A DNA stretch of 64,000 nucleotides. Source: an uncultured Chloroflexia bacterium. Its GTDB lineage: Bacteria > Chloroflexota > Dehalococcoidia > DSTF01 > JALHUB01. This document shows positions 55,646-62,176 of the stretch, in pieces. Positions within the stretch are counted from its first letter, which is position 1; every line of letters begins with the position of its first letter. A program made the position numbers and the translations under genes. The notes under the pieces are model-generated. The model had not been told where the DNA came from and did not search any database. It worked only from the letters and a program-made list of their open reading frames with translations. The stretch covers positions 2,025,462 through 2,089,461 of the forward strand of contig OY969814.1 in assembly GCA_963703345.1 (NCBI GenBank). Reading direction: 5' to 3'.

Positions 55646-56480
55646 CTTCCATACTCATACGAACGCCTCGGACGGCAAACTGACGCCGACGGCGCTGGTC
55701 CGACTAGCCATGTCGCGAGGCCTCAGCATACTGGGCGTGACGGACCATGACTCGACGGAAGGCATCCCCGAGGCGCTGGCGGCGGCGGCGGAGTACCCCG
55801 GCTTCACGCTGGTGCCGGGCGTCGAGATGAGCACGGACATACCGGGCGACGAAGTGCACGTCCTCGGCTTCTTCATCGACCCCGAGGACGCCGCCTTTCA
55901 AAAAGCGCTGCGTGATCTGCGGACGGCGCGTCGGGACCGCGGGCGGATGATGGTGGAGAAGCTGCACGCCTTGGGCATCGACATACCGTGGGAGCGCGTG
56001 GAGCAGATGGCGGGTGACGCCTCGGTGGGACGGCCGCACGTGGCGCAGGTGCTGCTGGAGAAGGGATATGTGTCGTCGTTCCAGGAGGCCTTCGACCGCT
56101 ACATCGGCAGGAACGGGCCGGCCTACGCGGAGCGAGTCAAGCTGACGCCGGCCGAGGCAATCGAGATGCTGGCGAAAGCGGGCACCCTGCCGGTGCTGGC
56201 TCATCCGGCGAGCCTGTCGAATCTCGACGACCTGCTCGAGGAGCTGAAGGCGGTGGGCATGGTAGGAATGGAGGTCTACTACCAGGACTACGACCGAAAT
56301 ACTCTGGCTCGCCTCGCTGCCGCGGCGGAGCGATACGGCCTGCTGAAGCTGGGTGGCAGCGACTTTCACGGCATCGGCGGCCCGCGGGAGCGCCTCCCCG
56401 GCGATATTCCGCTCCCTGACGAAGCCGTCGACGAATTCATGTCGGCGGCGCGACGGTTGATCTCTGCTCGAAAGGGATAG
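55629..56480 (+). CDS. PHP-domain phosphoesterase
   Basis: ADFHTHTNASDG...GVTDHD PHP motifs; GTG start overlapping ymdB end (the upstream in-frame part is probably not translated). Confidence 0.7.
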   Translation: MTSRADFHTHTNASDGKLTPTALVRLAMSRGLSILGVTDHDSTEGIPEALAAAAEYPGFTLVPGVEMSTDIPGDEVHVLGFFIDPEDAAFQKALRDLRTARRDRGRMMVEKLHALGIDIPWERVEQMAGDASVGRPHVAQVLLEKGYVSSFQEAFDRYIGRNGPAYAERVKLTPAEAIEMLAKAGTLPVLAHPASLSNLDDLLEELKAVGMVGMEVYYQDYDRNTLARLAAAAERYGLLKLGGSDFHGIGGPRERLPGDIPLPDEAVDEFMSAARRLISARKG

Positions 56481-56509
56481 CGAACGCCCTCAGTTCGAGA
56501 GCGACGACG

Positions 56510-57160
56510 TCAGGGGGGTCCATAGTAGACGTTCACGGGCACCCAGTCGAGGTAGAAGCTGCGGCCGCTGCATCCGCCGCCGCTGCAGTTGCAGGTGAGG
56601 CGGACGCGGAAGCTGGTGTTGCTCAGGTCGTTGAGAGTCCAGCTGTGGCCCCAGGTGTCGCTTGAGCCGCCGAGTAGGCCGGTGTGCTCGTCCTTGCTCT
56701 CGGCCGTGTCCGTGTACGGCGCCGTCCAGGTACTGCCGCCGTCCCACGAGAGCTCCGCGGATACGCTGCTGGAGCCGCCTATCGCGTCGACCCACCAGTC
56801 CAGGCGCACTTCGATTCCCTTCACCGCGCAGTAACTGGCGATATTGACGCCGTAATCGTAGAAGCGATGGCGATCTCCAGGGCCGGCGATGTTGCTGGCG
56901 TAGCCGCCGCCGTCGGCATAGGCGTCGGTTGGGTTCAGCTCGAAGCCGTCGCCGTTGCCGCCGGTGTCAGCCGCGTTGGCTGACGGATCAAGCAAGCCGG
57001 TGCTTCCGGAGGTGCAGAAAGACGCGGCGCTGGTGAAGGTGTTGCCGGAGTTGTCGGCCTGATCGGTGGAGATGCCGAGGCCATTGACGATGGCAGCGGT
57101 GAGACTCGAAACAGCGAGCGCCATCGCCAGGACAGCCAGCATCCCCGGTCGGATGAGCAT
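56510..57160 (-). CDS. secreted protein with SipW-cognate-class signal peptide (Gly/Ser/Asp/Thr-rich, Cys-rich C-terminus)
   Basis: Signal peptide then ...ISTDQADNSGNTFTSAAS matching the GNTFTxG motif of TasA/camelysin-type SipW substrates; start at ATG 57160 with GGGAGG RBS. Confidence 0.6.
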   Translation of the reverse strand: MLIRPGMLAVLAMALAVSSLTAAIVNGLGISTDQADNSGNTFTSAASFCTSGSTGLLDPSANAADTGGNGDGFELNPTDAYADGGGYASNIAGPGDRHRFYDYGVNIASYCAVKGIEVRLDWWVDAIGGSSSVSAELSWDGGSTWTAPYTDTAESKDEHTGLLGGSSDTWGHSWTLNDLSNTSFRVRLTCNCSGGGCSGRSFYLDWVPVNVYYGPP

Positions 57161-57229
57161 CAGCATCGCCTCCCACCGGCTAGGCGCTCCCGGCAATCAG
57201 CGTTGAGGCGAGCAGGAGGTTCGCGCGGT

Positions 57230-57802
57230 CTAGCATTGCGGCTCCTCGCTGAAGTAGGGGACTGGCGCTGCCCCCTTCCACGTTTGCCAGAGGACGATTC
57301 CGGTCAGCAACGTCGCCGGGAGGAAGAGCAGGAAGACGTGACCGGCGAAGCTGCGGGCGAAGTGCACGAGGTAACCGACGCAGGGAATGCTGAAGACGAC
57401 GCGATCACCGGCGCCCTGGAGGGTCACGGGCTGCGGATCAGGGTCTTCGTTGGCGTCGCCGCGAGTGACGAACTTACGTGTGCCGTCGCTGGTGTCGATC
57501 TCGATGATGCGGTGCAGTATCGGAAGCGAGCGCGAGGAGCGCTTTATGGCGACGATGTCGCCCACTTGGATCGCGGCTGGATCAATCTTCCTGGTGATGC
57601 CGATGCTGCCGTTGGAGAGGGCCGAGCCCATGCTGCCGCCATAGACGACGTAGGCGCGGTAGCCGAAGAGGGCGAGAATTGAGGGGACGACCAGCAGGAC
57701 GATGATGGCCAGCGCCGCGACCAGGTACGCCCAGCCGGCAAGGGCAAGGCCCTTGCTCAGCGGGACAAGTCGTCGGTGCAGGTCAGGGAACCAGCGCGGC
57801 AT
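57230..57802 (-). CDS. sipW: signal peptidase I, SipW type (S26B, archaeal/eukaryote-like)
   Basis: Two TM segments flanking the catalytic domain with GGSMGSAL (Ser), ILHRIIEI (His) and RGDANEDPD motifs; GGAGGTAAGG RBS. Confidence 0.8.
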   Translation of the reverse strand: MPRWFPDLHRRLVPLSKGLALAGWAYLVAALAIIVLLVVPSILALFGYRAYVVYGGSMGSALSNGSIGITRKIDPAAIQVGDIVAIKRSSRSLPILHRIIEIDTSDGTRKFVTRGDANEDPDPQPVTLQGAGDRVVFSIPCVGYLVHFARSFAGHVFLLFLPATLLTGIVLWQTWKGAAPVPYFSEEPQC

Positions 57803-57833
57803 CCTTACCTCCAGCCCCTTACCCAGGCGTCTC

Positions 57834-58397
57834 TTACGGGTTGTTCGTCGTCTGCTCCGCTGCGAACGTGAACGTCGCGGTCGTGGCGGCGCTTTCAGGT
57901 CCGGTGGCGTTGTCCGGGAGCGTCACCTTGAAGCACAGGTCCTCGCTGGTGCTCGCGTCGAGCGTCCGGTCGCCGTCGTCGCCGCCCGTCGTCGGGTCGC
58001 CGATGAAGCCGCTCGCGAGCGTCCCGGTGTAGAGCGTGGTGCCGTTGAACGTCGAGCAGTCGGTGCCCTTCTCCTTGATGACCAGCGTCAGAGCATCGCG
58101 AAGGTTCTTGCTGTCGGTGTTCGTGGCGACCGTGGTCATCGCGTAGCGGAGTTGGAGCGAGCCGCCGTTAGAGATCGTCAGTTGGTGGGTCACAGTATCG
58201 CCGGGCGCCATGTTGCTCATGGTGATGAAGGCCGTGGGCGGAAATGCAGGACTCGTGCTGATTATGACGCTGCCGCTGGTGAACGTGTTGCTGCCGTTGT
58301 CAACGCTCTGGGTGAAGAGGGACAGTCCGCCCCCCAGGCTGACGCAAGCGGCAAGAGTGCTGATGGCTATCAGGCTTATGAGAATCCGTCTAATCAT
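57834..58397 (-). CDS. TasA/camelysin-like secreted protein with SipW-cognate signal peptide
   Basis: N-term ...LSLFTQSVDNGSNTFTSGSV aligns with the FSDTETSTGNTFTAGTL signature of TasA-family proteins; GGAGAGGGGG RBS. Confidence 0.7.
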   Translation of the reverse strand: MIRRILISLIAISTLAACVSLGGGLSLFTQSVDNGSNTFTSGSVIISTSPAFPPTAFITMSNMAPGDTVTHQLTISNGGSLQLRYAMTTVATNTDSKNLRDALTLVIKEKGTDCSTFNGTTLYTGTLASGFIGDPTTGGDDGDRTLDASTSEDLCFKVTLPDNATGPESAATTATFTFAAEQTTNNP

Positions 58398-58730
58398 TGT
58401 CGTACGCCCCCTCTCCGGAGGGCTTGGCGGCTCCAGCCTCCCTTACGCCCGAGCCGGAAGCCTTTCGTCCCATCCGCGGGCCGTTCCAGGGCGCCCCGGC
58501 GGGACCTGCCACCTCCCTGTCGCAAGAAGCGTTCCTTCTCTCGTTTCTCGTCGAGTCGGACGGCTTTCGCCGTGAGACTCCACCGATGAGCGTATGCCGT
58601 TAGACATACGTTTCCTGTTGCAGTATCGGTAGGGGAAGAGAAATGTAAAGGGTGACGCTACTCAATTATGGAAGACCGGTGCGATAATAGCGGATGAACA
58701 CGCCTGGGAAGCCATGAGGAGAGATTCAAG

Positions 58731-59219
58731 ATGCAGTGCGCGACACATCCAGATGTTGAGACGGAGCTGGCTTGCAGCCGCTGCGGCAAGCCGATCTGCC
58801 CGCGCTGTCTGGTGTACACGCCTGTAGGCGCGCGCTGTCGCGAGTGCGCCCATCTGCGCCGCATACCGACGTATGATGTGGCGCTGCCTTACCTTCTGAG
58901 AGCGATCGGAGTTGCGGTGGTCGGCGGCGTTCTCGGCGGGCTACTGTGGTGGCTCCTGCTGCCGCGCCGGGGATCAATCGTCTCCTACTTTGCGTTGTTC
59001 TTCGCACTGGGATTAGGCTACGCGATCGGCGAGGCGGTTAGCTGGGCGTCGAACCGGAAGCGGGGAGCCGTGCTTCAGGGGACGGCGGCCTGCGGCATCG
59101 TCATCGCCTATCTCCTCCGAAACGTCCTGCAGGGCTCGGGGCTGCTGGCTGCGAACGACCTCTTCGGCTACGTGACGGTGGGTCTGGCGATTGTGGTGGC
59201 TATCGGGCGTCTTCGCTAG
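58731..59219 (+). CDS. membrane protein with N-terminal B-box-like zinc ribbon (C-x2-C-x7-C-x2-C...C-x2-C) and four TM helices
   Basis: Good RBS GAGGAGAG; Cys pattern at N-terminus; hydrophobic segments. Confidence 0.55.
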   Translation: MQCATHPDVETELACSRCGKPICPRCLVYTPVGARCRECAHLRRIPTYDVALPYLLRAIGVAVVGGVLGGLLWWLLLPRRGSIVSYFALFFALGLGYAIGEAVSWASNRKRGAVLQGTAACGIVIAYLLRNVLQGSGLLAANDLFGYVTVGLAIVVAIGRLR

Positions 59220-59277
59220 TGTTCGGTTGCGGCGAGTCGAAAGCCGACGCTGGAAAGCCTCGGCTACGGTCTTCTGT

Positions 59278-59544
59278 CTACCGGAAGACGAGGGACAGGA
59301 CAACGATCAGCGTCATCATGCAAGCCATGAAGACTAAAATGCGTCGGAGCTCCCTGCCGACGTAGCTGAAATCCATCATACCGGGCACACGGCGCGCCGG
59401 GGCCGCCGGCGTCGAGGGCGCTTCGGCGACTTTCGTGGCGCTGGAGATGGGTGCGACCCGCGCGCGTGCTGCGGCAGGCGGCGGAACCAGGCGCCTTCGT
59501 CCTTTCCGTTTGTCGCGAGGCCTGCCGGCCGGTTGTCTGCTCAT
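59278..59544 (-). CDS. small tail-anchored protein (Ala/Pro/Arg-rich N-terminus, single C-terminal TM helix)
   Basis: Strong GGAGGAG RBS 5 nt before ATG; lies immediately downstream of the tRNA cluster on the same strand. Confidence 0.45.
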   Translation of the reverse strand: MSRQPAGRPRDKRKGRRRLVPPPAAARARVAPISSATKVAEAPSTPAAPARRVPGMMDFSYVGRELRRILVFMACMMTLIVVLSLVFR

Positions 59545-59646
59545 CCGCTCCTCCGCCTTGAATCAGCTCCTGCTGGGATTATACATCGGCGAGATGCGAG
59601 GGACAACGAAAGGCGGCAATTGGGGTCGAAGGGATAGACGGATGAA

Positions 59647-59723
59647 TGGTGCGCCCGGCGGGATTCGAACCCACGGCCTCAGCCTCCGCAGGGCTGCGCT
59701 CTATCCAGCTGAGCTACGAGCGC
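59647..59723 (-). tRNA. tRNA-Arg (anticodon GCG)
   Basis: GCGCTCGTAGCTCAGCTGGATAGAGCGCAGCCCTGCGGAGGCTGAGGCCGTGGGTTCGAATCCCGCCGGGCGCACCA folds as a cloverleaf; A20, A73, loop CU-GCG-GA. Confidence 0.8.
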
Positions 59724-59775
59724 CCAATCAACAATCAAGCGACGGGCAGTCGGCCCGTCTCGATTCGCTTTTCAA

Positions 59776-59861
59776 TGGTGCCGAAGGTGGGATTTGAACC
59801 CACACGCCCTTGCGGACACTACGCCCTGAACGTAGCGCGTCTGCCATTCCGCCACTTCGGC
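59776..59861 (-). tRNA. tRNA-Leu (anticodon CAG)
   Basis: GCCGAAGTGGCGGAATGGCAGACGCGCTACGTTCAGGGCGTAGTGTCCGCAAGGGCGTGTGGGTTCAAATCCCACCTTCGGCACCA; long variable arm; loop UU-CAG-GG. Confidence 0.85.
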
Positions 59862-59871
59862 AGGGCATGCA

Positions 59872-59948
59872 TGGTGGGCGGTACAGGGCTCGAACCTGTG
59901 ACCTCTTCCGTGTGAAGGAAGCGCTCGTTCCAACTGAGCTAACCGCCC
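59872..59948 (-). tRNA. tRNA-Val (anticodon CAC)
   Basis: GGGCGGTTAGCTCAGTTGGAACGAGCGCTTCCTTCACACGGAAGAGGTCACAGGTTCGAGCCCTGTACCGCCCACCA; loop UU-CAC-AC. Confidence 0.85.
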
Positions 59949-59962
59949 TCTTCCCGCTCACG

Positions 59963-59991
59963 ATTCTATCTAACGAGGAGGGGGCTGTCAA
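59963..59991 (-). promoter_or_regulatory. Consensus sigma70 promoter of the tRNA-Val/Leu/Arg operon: TTGACA-17 nt-TAGAAT
   Basis: Read on the minus strand; -10 ends ~14 nt upstream of the tRNA-Val 5' end. Confidence 0.6.
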
Positions 59992-60054
59992 CCGAAAAGC
60001 TTCGATGACGAGGTTCGCTGCGAGCGGCAGAAGACGCGTTTCGGGCTGCGTTGA

Positions 60055-61272
60055 CTAGGCGGAGGGAGTCGCCAGCGCGGCCTGGTAATCGCGCCAGCGC
60101 TCCTCCAGACGCGGGTCTTTCAGCGTCGCGAGGACGTAATCGGTGAACTCACAGCCCTTGACGCCGGTCGGCCGGCCCGTGACGACCATCTTCTTCTCGA
60201 ACGTGTCGCAAATCTCCAGGGCCATCTCCAGGCGGCGGCCGCGGTCGGCGAAACCGATGTGATTGAGGAGCATGGCGCCGGCGCGTATGAGGCCGCTGGG
60301 GTCGGCGTACTCCACGCGTCCTTCCTCGACCATGCGGGGCGCGCTGCCGTGAATGGCTTCGAACATGGCGTAGTGGCGGCCGATGTTGGCGCTGCCGGCG
60401 GTGCCGACGCCGCCCTGGAGCTCGGCGGCCTCGTCGGTAAGGATGTCGCCGTAGAGGTTGGGTAGGACGACAACGCGGAAGTGGGAGCGGCGCTTAGGGT
60501 CGACGAGTTTGGCCGGGATTATGTCAATATACCAGTCATCCCACTCGATCTCAGGGTAGGCGGCGGCAATCCGCCTCGCCGTCTCGAGAAACTTGCCGTC
60601 GGTGGTCTTGATTACGTTGGCCTTGGTTACGACGGTGACTCGTTTCTTGTCGTGCTTGCGCGCGTAGTCGAAGGCCATCTCGATGATGCGCTCGCTGCCC
60701 TGACTCGTCACCGCCGTGAAGTCGAAGGCGAGGTCATCTGTGACGTGGATGCCGCGGCTGCCCATAACGTAGGCGCCCTCGGTGTTCTCGCGGAAGAACG
60801 TCCAGTCGATGCCCTGGGCTGGGATCCTGACGGGGCGAACGTTGGCGAAGAGGTCGAGGGCGCGGCGCATGGCGACGTTGGCGCTCTCGATGTTGGGCCA
60901 GGGGTCGCCGGCGCGCGGCGTGGTTGTGGGCGCCTTGAGGATAACGTGACAGCGCTTTAGCTCGTCGAGCACGTCGTCGGGGATGGCCTTGAGCTGGGCG
61001 GCGCGGTTTTCGATGGTGAGGCCGTCGATTGTCCTAAAGACGATATCGCCGCGCTCCACTTCTGGCGCGAGGATGAACTCGAGGACGCGCTGCGATTCGC
61101 GGGAGATGTAGGGACCGATGCCGTCGCCGCCGCAGACGCCGATGACGAGCGGCCGGAGCGTCGAGTAGTCGACCCAGCCGTTGTCGGCCTTCATGCGGTC
61201 GACACGCGTTAGCTGCTCTTCGACTAGGGTCGCAAAGTGCTGTTTTGCCCGTTCGACGGCTTCTCTATCCAT
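60055..61272 (-). CDS. icd: isocitrate/isopropylmalate dehydrogenase-family enzyme (probable NADP-isocitrate dehydrogenase)
   Basis: GDGIGPYI, NLYGDILTDEAAELQGGVGTAGSANIG motifs; TAGCAT hexamer 8 nt before the ATG suggests a leaderless mRNA. Confidence 0.75.
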   Translation of the reverse strand: MDREAVERAKQHFATLVEEQLTRVDRMKADNGWVDYSTLRPLVIGVCGGDGIGPYISRESQRVLEFILAPEVERGDIVFRTIDGLTIENRAAQLKAIPDDVLDELKRCHVILKAPTTTPRAGDPWPNIESANVAMRRALDLFANVRPVRIPAQGIDWTFFRENTEGAYVMGSRGIHVTDDLAFDFTAVTSQGSERIIEMAFDYARKHDKKRVTVVTKANVIKTTDGKFLETARRIAAAYPEIEWDDWYIDIIPAKLVDPKRRSHFRVVVLPNLYGDILTDEAAELQGGVGTAGSANIGRHYAMFEAIHGSAPRMVEEGRVEYADPSGLIRAGAMLLNHIGFADRGRRLEMALEICDTFEKKMVVTGRPTGVKGCEFTDYVLATLKDPRLEERWRDYQAALATPSA

Positions 61273-61349
61273 GTGTCCCTATGCTAGCACGAGTGCCCGC
61301 GAAAAGGCTGCAAGCCTCCGAAGCTGACCCCGAGGCGGAAGAGGCGGAA

Positions 61350-61425
61350 TGGTGGCAGCGGAGGGATTTGAACCCCCGACCAAGGGCTTATGAGTCCCCT
61401 GCTCTACCGACTGAGCTACGCTGCC
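61350..61425 (-). tRNA. tRNA-Met (CAT anticodon, elongator-type; tRNA-Ile2 not excluded)
   Basis: GGCAGCGTAGCTCAGTCGGTAGAGCAGGGGACTCATAAGCCCTTGGTCGGGGGTTCAAATCCCTCCGCTGCCACCA; G1:C72 paired; loop CU-CAU-AA. Confidence 0.75.
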
Positions 61426-61583
61426 ACTGACACCCACCAAATGGCTGTTCAGCCGTAATGGCGGGATTTGAATCCGCCGGCGGACAGGCACCCCAACCAA
61501 GGGGCTGGGCCCGGGTCGCCTCAGGCGACAGTCCCCTCTCGCCTTCGGCGAGTACGCTGCCAACATGTGTGCTACCGGCGAAT

Positions 61584-61613
61584 CGATGATAGCAAAGGCT
61601 TTCTGAGGGTGTC
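61584..61613 (-). promoter_or_regulatory. Sigma70 promoter TTGACA-18 nt-TATCAT driving a ~150-nt leader plus tRNA-Met
   Basis: Read on the minus strand; a -10 match at 61589 to 61584 is about 160 nt upstream of the tRNA 5' end. Confidence 0.5.
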
Positions 61614-61630
61614 AAACCTGGCGGGTCGCA

Positions 61631-62047
61631 TCAGAGCGCGGGCGTCACCTCTGAAGTGCAGTAGGCGCAGCGACGCGCTTCCGACGGTATGTCGCTCAGG
61701 CACTCCGGACACTTGCGGACGGTCGGGTCCGGCGGCGGCTCCTTTCGAGAGCGGGCCAGATAGGCGTTCAGCGGCACGACTATCAGGAAGAAGACTACCG
61801 CGCCTATCAAAACGAAGGTGATCGTTTTGTTGATGAAGTCGCCGTAGCGGAAGGTGCTGTCGTGGATTGTGAAGGCGAGGGCGGAGAAGTCCTGCTGGCC
61901 GCCGATGGCCGCGATGAGCGGCGTTATGAAGTCCTGGACCAGCGCCGTGACTACCGCGCCGAAGGCGGCGCCAACCACTACCGCAATCGCGAGGTCGACG
62001 ACGTTCCCCCTTAGCAAGAACGCCTTGAAGTCGTTGATGAGTTTCAT
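61631..62047 (-). CDS. mscL: large-conductance mechanosensitive channel MscL with C-terminal CxxC...CxxC zinc-ribbon extension
   Basis: MKLINDFKAFLLRGNVVDLAIAVVVGAAFG MscL signature; AAGGAGGGAGAG RBS; tail CPECLSDIPSEARRCAYC. Confidence 0.85.
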   Translation of the reverse strand: MKLINDFKAFLLRGNVVDLAIAVVVGAAFGAVVTALVQDFITPLIAAIGGQQDFSALAFTIHDSTFRYGDFINKTITFVLIGAVVFFLIVVPLNAYLARSRKEPPPDPTVRKCPECLSDIPSEARRCAYCTSEVTPAL

Positions 62048-62176
62048 GTTCTCTCCCTCCTTGGAGATCCGGCCGGCAGGGCGCCGAAGAGCACGCCTGC
62101 CGCATCTGAACAGCTGGCCGGCCTGTGCCAAAGCGCGCGGCTGCGCCACTTGAGAGGGCCTCGAGGCGAGCCTACA

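Noticed and set aside
61273-61349. Separate promoter for icd with a canonical -35
   Set aside because: Only a TAGCAT -10-like hexamer 8 nt before the ATG is convincing (leaderless start). No acceptable -35 at 16-18 nt, so it is mentioned only in the icd evidence.
61440-61560. tRNA-Sec (selC) candidate in the tRNA-Met leader (GGAUUCAAAUCC resembles the selC anticodon arm CUUCAAA)
   Set aside because: Neither strand yields an 8/5 or 7/5 cloverleaf: there is no matching acceptor 3' strand, and the loop is 9 nt with stem GGCGG/CCGCC. I treat it as a hairpin within a structured leader.
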